Shown here: piece after piece, positions 39,371 to 52,282 of the stretch | Layout: each line of letters starts with the position of its first letter | Position numbering within the stretch: the stretch's first letter is position 1 | NCBI RefSeq assembly: GCF_006345805.1 | Contig: NC_042998.1 | Coordinates: 186,806,001-186,870,000, forward strand | Direction of reading: 5' to 3' | DNA from: Octopus sinensis | Taxonomy: Eukaryota | DNA: 64,000 nt | Notes under the pieces: model-generated | Database searches by the model: none | What the model was told of the DNA's origin: nothing | The model's input: the letters and a program-made list of their open reading frames with translations, nothing else | Made by a program: the position numbers and the translations under genes

Positions 39371-40260
39371 GAATTCATACCAACAACAGAAGGCGGAAGG
39401 ACGCTTTTGCATAATCGCTACGCCTACAAGTTGATAAAGTGAAGCGACAATGTAACATATTGACGGTGTAGATTAAATGCAAAGGAAAGTGTGGGTGATG
39501 AACAAAGCAGAATATGATGCTGTCCAAGACGTAAATAAATTCTTACATCCGCCTGACACTGGACATAGCTTGTCCTTGAAACCAGCGCAGAAAATTAAAG
39601 TAAAAGTCGCTGGTCAGAGGAAGTGGCATTATAGAAAACTGTACCAGTGAGTGTCCACTTGATGTTGCATGTGTTCATTTTAGAAAAAAACTTTGGCAAG
39701 AATGGCGTGCAGACAACACAGGGCACTAAATGGTAATGTTTTAACAGAGGACTTACGGTGATCAAGACTTTGTCATTCATGGAAGTGTCAACCTATCAAT
39801 TCTATCAGCTTACGCCTGCTTTCTTTCAAAGACGACTCATTGAGCGATAGAAGCGTTGATTCTGCATCAGTGCACCCTTTCAGTTACATACAGTGCATGT
39901 TAGGCTGGATGAGAACCCTACAATTCTCTTAAATCATACAACTTATGACTTGATTTTTAGCGCCCTTAAGCAAGTCCAGGTCTTAGTTCTGTTTCAGTTA
40001 CCATTGACTATGAAAGAGAAGCACTTAATAGCATCGCAGTATGCTTTCCAAACAAACATCTATGGATGTTTTTCCCATTTCGAGTTGTATTTGTGGGGAC
40101 AAATACAAGGGTTAGGGTACAGATTTCGTATAAAGATCAGGAAATGCACTCGTTATCAAATTTGCCCAAGCTTAGTATTTTTGCAAAACTTCAATGAATT
40201 TTTCTCATCACTTGATGAGAAAACTGATGAACTTATCGCCTAGTCTGTTGTCTACATTAA
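39371..40260 (+). pseudogene. Decayed FLYWCH + MULE (Mutator-like) transposase
   Basis: EFIPTTEGGRTLLHNRYAYKLIK*SDNVTY*RC (FLYWCH-like), then FQLHTVH...LLNHTTYDLIFSALK and IYGCFSHF..YLWGQIQGLG (MULE GCxFH motif). Confidence 0.8.
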
Positions 40261-40974
40261 GGCGACATAGATTACTGTTGTACAGCATGGGAGACGGTGA
40301 AGACCTGCAAATTGAATTCTGTATATGGAACACATTTGAGAGAGAGAAATAGATAAGCAGACAAAAAACTCTGTAGAGATTATGACAAAGAGAGTCGGAG
40401 CAGAGAATAGCAATCATTCATCCTACCGTTTAAGGCGACGTGATGACAGAATCATTTGCACGCTGGGGAAAATGCTTAGCGGCATTTTGTCCGTCTTTAC
40501 GTTCAAATTCCGCCGAGGTCGACTTTACCTTTCATCCTTTCGGGGTCAATAGATTAAGTACCAGTCGTGTATTGGGGTCGATGTAATCGACTTAACCCCT
40601 CCCCCAAAATGACAGACCTTGTGCCTATAATAGAAAGGATTCATCCTACTGCTTACCATTTAGTTTCAAAATTGAGAAAATAGTAATTGAATTGGGAAAT
40701 AGTTATCTGGCGGGCTTCTGCACAGTTTTCAACTGCCAACTTCCTCTTAAAATTTTTTGATCGACCCTAACCTATCCTAGAAACCCCATGCTCAAGATGC
40801 CGCTCTGTAGGATCGAACGTGGTACCACAAGGTTACGAATCGATCTCCTTAACCATACAGCCGTGCCTGCACCCATGATACTCTACAGTTTTGAGCTGAA
40901 TACTTGTCTGCATCTCATCGTGGGGCAGAAAATAATGACCAGTCGTATTATCGTCCATGGTCCAACAAAATAAC

Positions 40975-41810
40975 AATAACCTTTTCTACAACAAACACAA
41001 ATTTGAAATTTCGTGGGAGGGGGACAGTCGATTATATGGCCACCATTGCTCAACTGGTGCTTATTTCACCGACCCCAAAGGATAAAAGGCAATTACGACC
41101 TCGATGGCATTTGATCTGAGAACATAAAACCGGAAGAAATGCCACTAAACATTTTGTCGACGTTCGACGATTCTGCCAGCTCACTGCTAACTTTTATTTT
41201 TTTTAATGACTTCGAATTTTAGCACAAGAGCAGTAATTCGTGGAGAGGAAGAATATCGATTATGGTACTTATTTTATCGACCCCGAAAGAATGAAATGCA
41301 GAGTCGACCTCGGCGGAATTTGAACTCTGAACTTGGAGACTCTAAACCGAAAAGCTGTTCGGCATTTTGCCCGACGTGCTGACGATTATGTCAGCTCGCT
41401 GCCTTAATGATAATGCTCTCTACTATAGGCCCAAGGCCCGAAATTTCGGGGGAAGGAGTTGATTATATCGACCCCAGTACTCAACTAGTACTTATTTTAT
41501 CGACTCCGAAAGGATGAAAGGCAAAGTCGACCGAGGAGGAATTGAAACTCAGAACGTGGTGACAGACGAAATACACATTTCTTTACTACCCACAAGGGGC
41601 TAAACACAGAGAGGACAAACAAGGACAGACAAACGGATTAAGTCGATTATATCGACCCCAGTGCGTAACTGGTACTTATTCTATCGACCCCGAAAGGATG
41701 AAAGGCAAAGTCGACCTCGACGGAATTTGAACTCAGAACGTAACGGCAGACGAAATTCTGCTAAGCATTTCATCTGGCATGCTAACGTTTCTGCCAGCTC
41801 ACCACCTTCA
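40975..41810 (-). mobile_element. Cluster/concatemer of SINE-B copies of different ages
   Basis: Four successive minus-strand units, with a junction at ~41575. Confidence 0.8.
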
Positions 41811-42216
41811 TAATAATAATGATAACAATAACTACCTTGCGTCCAAGAAAGACGTCATCGTTATTTTGTATCATCTACCAATTTGTTTCTTAAATCTTAT
41901 GGTTTCGCCCTTTAACTGATTCATTTTATATTTCGCCTAAGGAGGCGCTGGCCTGGTAGGATGGTTAACGCATCGATTAAAAAAATGTGTAATAACGCTT
42001 TCTTTTTTTTTTGCTCCGGCTTTTTACATTCTGAGTTCAAATTCCGCCAAGATCGACTTTACCTTTCCTTCTTTGGGGGTTGATAAAATAAGTATTAGAT
42101 GCATCGAGGATTGGAGTCGATGTAATCCACTTACTCTTTCCTCTAAAATCACAGGCCTTGTGCTCAACCATTATGTAACTCAAATATTTTCCTCTACCAA
42201 GTAACAGTTGGCAACT

Positions 42217-42474
42217 GTTGCTCAGTTGTATTTATTATTTTTGTTTTATTTATATTATACTATAATTGATAATCAATTGGTTTACTTCGACTGAATCTAA
42301 TCAAATGACATCTTCTTGCTTCTTAGTCTTTGAGGATATTCTTGATTTTGTTTTTCACACATGACGAGAATCTACTGTTACTTTATATGTTTGAAGTAAT
42401 ATCAGTTATATATAATGTATATATATATATGTATATATATATTTGTATATATATGTATAGATATATATATATAT

Positions 42475-42518
<44 letters not shown>

Positions 42519-42926
42519 TATATATATATATTATATTATAATATAAATATCATAAATATAATATAATATTAATATAATAATATAGGGATATAAGATTATA
42601 TCTATATATATGGAGTGGCTGTGTATAGGCGCAGGAGGAGGTGGCTGTGTGTTAAGTAGCTGCTAACCAACCACATGCTCCGGGTCAGTCCCACTGCGTG
42701 GTACTTGGGCAAGTGTTGCTCAGTTGTATTTATATTTTTGTTTTATTTATATTATACATAATTATAATCAATTGGTTTACTTCGACTGAATCTAATCAAA
42801 TGACATCTTCTTGCTTCTTAGTCTTTGAGGATATTCTTGATTTTGTTTTTCACACATGACGAGAATCTACTCTACTTTATATGTTTGAAGTATATCAGTG
42901 TATATATATATATGTATATATATATG

Positions 42927-42957
<31 letters not shown>

Positions 42958-42968
42958 ATATATATATA

Positions 42969-43015
<47 letters not shown>

Positions 43016-43692
43016 ATTATATAATATATATATTAATATAATATAATATAATATAATATATAAATATAATATATATAGGGTAAGATTATATAATAAATAT
43101 AGGAGTGGCTGTGTTAGGCGCAGGAGTGGCTGTGTGTTAAGTAGCTTGCTAACCAACCACATGCTTCCGGGTTCAGTCCCACTGCGTGTACCGGGCAAGT
43201 GTTGCTCAGTTGTATTTATTATTTTTGTTTTATTTATATTATACTATAATTGATAATCAATTGGTTTACTTCGACTGATCTATCCAATGACATCTTCTTG
43301 CTTCTTAGTCTTTGAGGATATCTTGTTTTGTTTTTCACACATGACGAGAATCTACTCTAACTTTATATGTTGAAGTATATCAGTGTATATTATATAGGTA
43401 TATATTATATGTGTGTGATATATATATATATATATAGATATATATATATATATATATAATATAATATAATAAATATATATAGGGTAAGATTATTTATTAT
43501 ATATAGGAGTGGCTGTGTATAGGCGCAGGAGTGGCTGTGTGTTAAGTAGCTTGCTAACCAACCACACGGTTCCGGGTTCAGTCCCACTGCGTGGTACCTT
43601 GGGCAAGTGTCTTCTGCTATAGCCTCGGGCCGACCAAAGCCTTGTGAGTGAATTTGGTAGACGGAAACTGAAAGAAGCCTGTCGTATATATG

Positions 43693-43727
<35 letters not shown>

Positions 43728-43950
43728 ATGTGTGTGTGTTTGTGTGTCTGTGTTTGTCCCCCTAGCATTGCTTGACAACCGATGCTGGTGTGTTTATGTC
43801 CCCGTCACTTAGCGGTTCGGCAAAAAGAGACCGATAGAATAAGTACTGGGCTTACAAAAAAAGAATAAGTCCCGGGGTCGAGTTGCTCGACTAAAGGCGG
43901 TGCTCCAGCATGGCCGCAGTCAAATGACTGAAACAAGTAAAGAGAAGAGT
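42217..43950 (+). repeat. Tandem triplication (~490 bp) of unique DNA + (TA)n + SINE-A 5' part; the last copy continues into a full SINE-A
   Basis: Units start at 42217, 42715 and 43201 and carry many 1-nt indels. Confidence 0.85.
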
Positions 43951-44464
43951 ATATATATATATATCATATTAGGTAAACAGTAAAAATAATTACAGACATG
44001 ACAAGAACATGAAACACCACAGAGACGACACAAGAACCACAGGACGGGACATTCGAAGCCCTCAGTCATCAGTCAAGAACCAGATCATCTTAGCAATTTC
44101 GGCTGATTAATAAATATATATATAATATAATATATATAATAATAATAATAATAATAATATATAAATATAATATAATATATATAGGGTAAGATTAATTAAT
44201 TAATTAATCAAATAATTAATTAATCAATTAATAATAAATAATTCTACCAAGTACGTTAAAATAACCCTTTTAGGTGAATCATACAAAATATTCTATAATT
44301 ATATACATAATTATAATCAGGGGGTCAGCTAATTGCTTCGCCACGTACCGAAATTAGAAACAGACGCTAATGTCATTTCAACTACCATAAGTATCTCCGA
44401 GACAATAACACACTTTTTTTATGTAGGCGAAAAGAAAAATGATGAATCCACACGACTTCGATTA

Positions 44465-44526
44465 ATCACAGACGCGTTTCGAGATTAAAGTAAATTATAT
44501 TTACCCATTTCTCTCCTCAGTATGAT
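44465..44526 (-). ncRNA. Type I hammerhead ribozyme motif with a complete canonical core
   Basis: ATCATA-CTGAGGA-GAGA..(gtaaat/atttac extension)..TCTC-GAAA-CGC-GTC-TGTGAT: 6-bp stem I, palindromic ACGCGT stem III and GUC triplet. Confidence 0.8.
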
Positions 44527-44744
44527 ATTTCGAGTTATAAATTTGCGAGTGTTAGGATTAAATATGTATGCGATCATAACTGATACTCGACCGTAGTTGA
44601 AATGACATTAGCGTCTATTTCTAATTTCGGTACGTGGTGAAGCAATTAGCTAACCACCTGATAATAATTATGTATATAATTATAGAATATTTTGTATAAT
44701 TCACCAACAAAGGTTATTTTAACGTACTGACTACTTGGTAGAAT

Positions 44745-45157
44745 GGATCTTTTCGGTTTAAACGGCGGTTTTTTCTAGCGGTGTCATGAAATTGTCACCC
44801 ATAATTATGACCCTAGTATCGATCTATTGCATTTCAATCTGGGTTAGGGTTAGGGGTAGGGGGAAGGGTATATTTTTTCGTCACAAATGTAAATAAACCC
44901 AATCTTTTTTCTTAAACGAGGAACATATTCATAAGGCACAGAATGTTTTTTTTACTTCAATAGACGTCATTGATTGGTTGAAATTGCAGAAATTGAAGAA
45001 AAAAAAAGCAACAAATATCTTACAAACTATAGAATTTTCTCAATAAAGCCAAGAGAAAAAGATGTTTTATAACACATTCTACCAGTATACGAAGTTTAAA
45101 AGTGTTTAGTTACGTGGAAATTATTTAAAAAAACTGCCGTTCAAACCGAAAACATCC
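44745..45157. mobile_element. Non-autonomous TIR element (same family as 14460)
   Basis: TIRs ggatcttttcggtttaaacggc / gccgttcaaaccgaaaacatcc, flanked by AT on both sides. Confidence 0.85.
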
Positions 45158-45389
45158 ATCAATTGATTGATTAATTAATTAATCTTACCCTATATTATTA
45201 TTATTAAAATTTTAACTTACTCCCTGACCAAAACTGCAGTTTGCTGCGGGATAGTTCGTAACACACACGTGGGTATAAAAGATAAATATATATTCACATT
45301 CGGCTGTATATTTTTGGGGAGTATTTCTAATTTCGGTACTTGGCGAAGCAATTAGCTGACCCCTGATTCTAATTATGTATATAACTATA

Positions 45390-45453
<64 letters not shown>

Positions 45454-47954
45454 ATGAATTGTTTTATTTTGTCTTATAGCTTTGAATGTAAATATACATC
45501 TTGGAAGATATGTCAGCTTTTGGCTTCTGAATTGAATTACTTGCAGGTGGGTCTCAATGCAAATCGAGAGAGAGGAGAGAGAGAGAGGCAAACGTAAACG
45601 TTTCAGAGAATGTGAGACGTGGAAAGACACAAACACAGCACACTACTTCCGATAATGATATTTTTTAAATAGTATATTTTATCTCTACATTCCATTAGGT
45701 TACAACTGGAGGCGCCTTATGTGTTGTTGTACATTGTTTGTACAGATAAAATTATACCGCTAGACGCCACCTGGTGATATATATGCATCACATATATATA
45801 TACATACATACATACATACATACATACATACATACATACATACATACATACGTACCTACATACATACATATGCATGTGTATATAGTGGGTTTTGAGACAA
45901 GTATAACAAGGAAAGAGATAGGTTATATTTTTGATGGATATAAGATGTCATTGAAACAAGTTTGTTTTGTGATAATGATATCCCCAGAAACCTAAAATGT
46001 TGAGAACAAGCTCTACACAGACGTAAAACGTTTATATCACTGTGATACCAGGTGATATCTGAATGAAATCAATAATAAAAGACCATCTCGTTTTTGTTTC
46101 TGTTTTTGCATATAGTGCATTTAAGACATTATTCAATACTTTCTGTTTTAAGTCGGTAACTGAACAGTGATGGAAATTCGGTTACTATTTATAGCAGGTC
46201 GTACGGCATCGTAGATTCTCTCGTTGATAAAAGTGTTATTTGTTAGAATTGTATTCGTAACCAATTGCGATCCAACTTTCTCTAACTGCAAGGACGTAAA
46301 AGCTTAGCTGAGTGTAGAGTAATTAACATTTCGTTTGAAGATGAAGGTGAACTGGTAGACAAACTAGAACGTTTGACTATTACGTGACTTTTGTTTCGTT
46401 CTGAGTAGACTTGGATTGAATTTCTTTCATTCTTTCTTGATCAGTACAATAACAGGAGTTTCTTTTTATTTGTTATTGCTTTATAGTTTAGTCAGAGGAG
46501 GAAGAGAAGCTTCTATAATGTAAGAAGAGCCTATAAGAAGGACCTCGACCATTATTTTGATCCGAGGATCAGAACGTCAAGGAAAGATTTTTGACTATCT
46601 GCCGAGCTCTTCCCTAAAATAAAACTTCATCTTACCAACCTTAATTTCGAGGGAACCTCCGACTCCTGTGCCCCAAAAGCATTCTTGTTCCACTTTACAA
46701 ATTTTTTTCTCGGAGTCTCCGAGGGAGGGAGGGAGGGATTTATTCACTGACTTGAAACATAACCTAAATAATTCCAACAAAGTGGACTCCACTAAAGACA
46801 GCCAAGAATCGGGAAGGAGTGATGGGGGTGATTGGTGGTGGTAGTAATGGTGGTGTGAAGTCAGGCAAAGATGTACTTGATTATATTGATTTCAAAATTT
46901 TGGCGCAAGGCCAACAATTTGAAGGGTGATAGTAAATCGATTACATTAACTTCGGTGTTCAACTGATACTTCATTTTATCGACCCCAAAAGGATGAACTG
47001 CAAAGTCGACTTCGGCAGAATTTGAACTCAGAACGAGGATTCGGACGAAATGCCGTTAAGCATTTTGTCCGGCATGTTAACGACGTTGCCAGCTCGTCAC
47101 CTTAGCTTAATTGATTATATTACCTCTGCACAAAGGGCAATGGACTGGCAGAATCGTTAGCGTTTCGGACAAAAGGCTCCGCAATATTTCTTCCGGCTCC
47201 TTATGTTCTGGGTTCAAATCTCGCTGAGCTCCAATTTACTATTTAATCCTTTCAGGGTCGATAAAATGAAGTAACAATCAAGCACTGGAGTCAATGTAAC
47301 TGACTTGCCTCCTTCTCTCAAAATTGCTGGCCTTATGCCAAAATCTGAAACCATTATACTTGTGCTTTGTAAAAACAAGCCACTTCTTTTTATTTGTTTT
47401 TATCTCTTCACTATCTTCTGTTCTCCTCACTCTATCCCTCTCTTTCACCTTCCTCCCTCTGCCTGTTCTCTTTCATTTTGTTCTCTCTTTCTATCTCCCA
47501 CTTACGTACAATGTTTTGCTCGACCGTCCAATATATTTATAAGCTAGAATATTAATGTTTAAAAGCCTCGCTTTGGCCAAGTATTTACAACAGTACTGAA
47601 CCGCAATGTTGCTTTGAATAAGCGGCAACGCGAAACTTAGACTAAACAACTACGACAACCTTACTTCTAAAGTATTTCTCATACATTCTTTGTGCTGTGC
47701 GATTTTTTTTTTCAGATGTTTGTTTTCTCTTGTATATTTCTCTTGTTGATTTATGCCGTTAGTCTGAACGCCGAATAATTCATTAAGTTCTCTTATATGT
47801 TTGTGTATGTATGTATGTGTGTGCAGAAACCTTGAGGAAACTCAGCTGGGTTTTTAATAAAAAGACACAGAAGTATATATAAATTTTTAAACACACATTA
47901 CTAGAGTATAAAATTTCCCGCAAGTGTGTGTGCGTGAGTGTACATATATGTACA

Positions 47955-48041
<87 letters not shown>

Positions 48042-48170
48042 ATGTGTGTGTGTGTGTGTATGTCCATATACATATACAGAGAGAGAGAGATTGACTAAGA
48101 CAGTCAATCTCTTTTTCTCTCTTTCTACACACACACACACACACATGTATATATGTATATATATATAATA

Positions 48171-48990
48171 CTAGCAGAGATACCCGGCGTTGCTCGGGGT
48201 TAAAATGGCATAGTTTGTATATAATATATTACACAGTTATGTTGAAACAGGTGATATGGGAAAGTGCAGTACTGACAACAAAACATTTGTAGAGTAAATG
48301 ATGGACTAATTCGACTAATCAACATGCTATGCGTCTGTCTGGAGTATTTCAGGCCCTAACCTGTGGGGGTTATGTGATTTTTGAACGCACCGAGAAGTTG
48401 TCAGTGGATATACTCTCTTTTGCAGCAGTCAGCGCTGTGTCTAACACGACCCATCATCTGAAAATGTTGATACCTCCTTCGGGTTTGTTGTCCTACATCA
48501 CTCATAAAGTAAATTTGGAGGAGCTGTGGTTGTTCAATTGTGGGTAACAGGAAGCTAATGAGGTGATAGACTTGCTCTTGAACTTTGAACGTCGGCGTAA
48601 ATTCATGTTTATCTATCTTCTTAGATTCACCAAACGATGTCATTTGAAATGCGGAGTTATCTGATATTGTTCAGAAAATCCTTCTCTGGATGGAACTCCA
48701 CAGAGAGAGGAAAGAAGAAAGACAGCATAGTGGCGGTTTTGGCTGACTGTCATCCTGTACTCCCTTTGTTACTAGCGAAATGGCATGTGCCGGCTGTCTG
48801 AGGAACAGGTTGTTTTAATAGCGAAACAAACAGGACATAAAGATTACAAAAATAGCCATTCTCACTTTGAAACTAACAATTTCTCTCATGTATCCATGTT
48901 TAAAATTTCAGCGCGATCGGGTGAATAATACCCGAGTTATAAGCGCACAAACAGACAGATAGACAGAACAGATTTTATATATTAAGAAGA
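48171..48990 (-). mobile_element. Non-autonomous, internally deleted Helitron
   Basis: A|TC 5' end, subterminal (CTGT)n, 3' hairpin CCCGAGCAACGCCGGG and CTAG|T 3' end. Confidence 0.9.
48300..48720 (-). pseudogene. Helitron Rep N-terminal coding remnant (possibly fused to the helicase C-terminal end)
   Basis: NSAFQMTSFG...PTFKVQEQVYHLISFLLP...LLQIYF matches the Helitron RepHel N-terminal pattern. Downstream H*QLLGAF weakly resembles HGQLYVA. Confidence 0.75.
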
Positions 48991-49983
48991 TATACAGTGA
49001 TTGAACCGATGTGCGTCAGGTAAAGTACAGCACCTAACCAATGCTTACACTCATTCTACCATTGTTCCGTAGCATAATTAGGTAAAGGAAATTAAGAACA
49101 TTATACTCAACGTTTTATCTTAGGAATTTGTATTATATAAATTCAAAAATAAGAAATAAGTTTTATTTTAAGCATAAATTTAAAAAATAAAACACCAGAT
49201 AATTTTACTTAGCTCAATTGTACATAATTTCATTCGGGTATATATGTGTTATGTGTGAGAGAGGGCAGAGGGAGAGAGAGAAAGAGGGAAGTAAAATGTA
49301 CTGCGACCCAATCATACAATAAGCCTCTTTGTTTTAATTGCATAAGTACACATTTTTTTCAATAGAAACTTAACTGGGGCAACTTGGTCTTGTGATCTAC
49401 GGAAGCAAGTACTTATTCGTTTCAAGGTGGGAAAATATGGGTTCTGCTAAAACAGTGTTGCTAGGTACAGTTAGAACTAACTGACCCAGCCGAAATTAAC
49501 TGCTCTGAAACCCAATTTGAGAATATCTTTTTCCATCAACTTCATTCATGTACTTTTTGCTTTGTTTTGTTTTGTTTTTGTTTTGTTTTTTTTTTGTTTT
49601 GTTTTTTTGCCCTTTTTGGCAAACATCAGGGTACGCAAACAGCATAAGAAGTCATTATTTTGCTGGTTATGTTTTGCACAGTTGGTGAAGTTCATTGAAG
49701 CACCGTTGAAAATTCAAGAATTAACCAATCTCAATGTATGAATAAATTCTATAAAACAATTATTACTGAAATTATTACTTACTACACAGTCACTCCTACG
49801 CCTATTATATAGGCGTAGGAGTGGCTGTGTGGTAAGTAGCTTGCTTACCAACCACATGGTTCTGGGTTCAGTCCTATTGCGTGGCACCTTGGGCAAGAGT
49901 CTTCTACTATATCCTCGGGCCGACCAAAGCCTTGTGAGTGGATTTGGTAGACCGAAACTGAAAGAAGCCCGTCGTATATATGC

Positions 49984-50081
<98 letters not shown>

Positions 50082-51325
50082 ATGTATATGTTTGTACGTC
50101 TACGTTTGTCCCCCCAACATCGCTTGACAACCGATGCTGGTGAGTTTACATCCCCGTTACTTAGCGGTTCGGCAAAAGGGACCGATAGAATAAGTACTAG
50201 GCTTACAAAGAATAAGTCCTGGGGGCGATTTGCTCGACTAAAGGCGGTGCACCAGCATGGCCACAGTCAAATAACTGAAAGAAGAAAAAGAGTAAAAGAG
50301 AAAGCTGTACTCATCATGGCCCTTTACTGGAAACTCTTGGTTCGATATATAATACACGATATCAACTATTTTCTTCAAATTTCCCCTATTTTCCTTTACT
50401 TGCTGATTATGTCTATATGTTTCAGCTTTCGCTGGCTGTTAATTCTCTGTTGGCCAAACATTGTAATCCAAGAAGACTTCAACATAGATCTGAGATCTTT
50501 CGCGCTTTTGTACTGTTAATGTCAGATGGTTAAAAGCAGAATAACACTGTTTATTCTACACACCACTGTAAACAGAACCAGCAGAAAAATTTAGACAATA
50601 CCACGCATTCTGTTAATTATATAAGCAAGGTTTGTATATACCCTTTTACTCTTTTACTTGTTTCAGCCACCCGACTGCGGCCATGCTGGCGCACCGCCTT
50701 TAATCGAGCAACTCGACCCCAGGACTTATTCTTTGTATCGGTCTCTTTTGCCAACCGCTAAGTTACGGGGACGCAAACACACCAGCATCGGTTGTCAAGC
50801 AATGCTAGGGGGACAAACACAGACACACAAACATACACTCACATACATATATATATATATATATATACATATATACGACAGGCTTCTTTCAGTTTCCGTC
50901 TACCAAATTCACTCACAAGGTTTTGGTCGGCCCGAGGCTATAGTAGAAGACACTTGCCCAAGGTGCCATGCAGTGGGACTGAACCCGGAACCATGTGGTT
51001 GGTAAGCAAGCTACTTACCACACAGCCACTCCTGCGCCTATATACTGTGAAAAACTCTATATGAGTGTTTTTCTTTCTTAAATAAATTATTTAATAGTAT
51101 AAGTGCCAAAATTGCGTTATACATATTAGAATTAAGATTAATGTAACAGTCTTATATTTCACCTATGGTAAACCTAATGAAATAGAGATTATAGTAAATT
51201 GAACTCTCATTCAAGTTGTCTTAGACCAGTTGAACACAGAATTGATTCTGTTATACGTTCCTTCTACGATGTTCTTGTTGAAAACAAAGAAAAAAGTAAT
51301 TTGGATTTTGCTCGCTCCCTCTCTT

Positions 51326-51357
<32 letters not shown>

Positions 51358-52242
51358 ACCCTCTCTCTCTCTCCTCGCTTCATTTTTTGTTATTCACTCA
51401 TTCTCATTTAATTGTATATATTCTAATTGTTTGTTTATTCATACGTTTCGTCTCATTCGATACCCTGACCCCAACGTTTGTTTTGTCCCCTCTTTTTCTC
51501 AACCTTATGGTGAATAAAGAAATACTCTCTCTCCGTCTCTCTCCGTCTCTCTCCCCCTCTCTCTCTCTCTCTCTCAATTCGACCTCAATTAGTTTCTGTT
51601 TCTGAGTGTATCTTGTCAGATCTGAAAATAAATTAGGGCCAGATTATATCATGATTCTGCAAAGAAACACCTTGAAACTTCAACATCATTTCAAATATAT
51701 TAAAACGCACCAAAACTATTATACTCAGGGCAATAAAAATGATTTTGGTCTTTGTATTTCTGAATTTTTGGAACTTTTGGAAAGTTTTACAGATATTCAC
51801 AGTTCCAGTACTCACACACACATACACACGCGCACAAATATGTATACACAACTATATATACATATATATAAATAGATACACAGGAACACACACACATACA
51901 CATATGTACATACATGCATGAATACATACATATACACACATATCTATACATCTGTGTGAGTGTGAGGGGGGGTACATCCACTCATACACACATATACCTA
52001 TAACACATACGATATGCAAATTAGTAGTCCCAGTTCTCTGTAGCTACTGAAATTGTTGGGTGTATAAACAGATTGTGACCGTTCGCTTGTTTGAGATTGT
52101 TCAATTGATGTAGACACTTCTGATAAGAACTCATTAAGTCGCGAAACTCTAAGGCTGTTAAGGATTGTTTCCGATCTACAAAGAAATAACTAAATTAGCT
52201 ATGATTATATGTTTACTGTTTATCTCCTTGTTTTTTCTGTAG

Positions 52243-52282
52243 CCCTTTCATTAGAAGAGCGTAGGCTCGAAACGTAAAAGAC
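52243..52282 (+). ncRNA. Decayed hammerhead motif in a relative of the 33910-34085 element
   Basis: ccttt-CATTAGA-a-GAGC-gtag-GCTC-GAAA-c-GTA-AAAGA: the CUGANGA core is mutated. Confidence 0.4.

Larger units (their letters stand above)
44183..45191. mobile_element. Long inverted-repeat element in a TA-rich site; spacer carries a hammerhead and the right arm is interrupted by a MITE
   Basis: Arms 44241-44385 and 44593-44744 are reverse complements. Outer termini are agggtaagattaattaatt / aattaattaatcttaccct. Confidence 0.8.
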
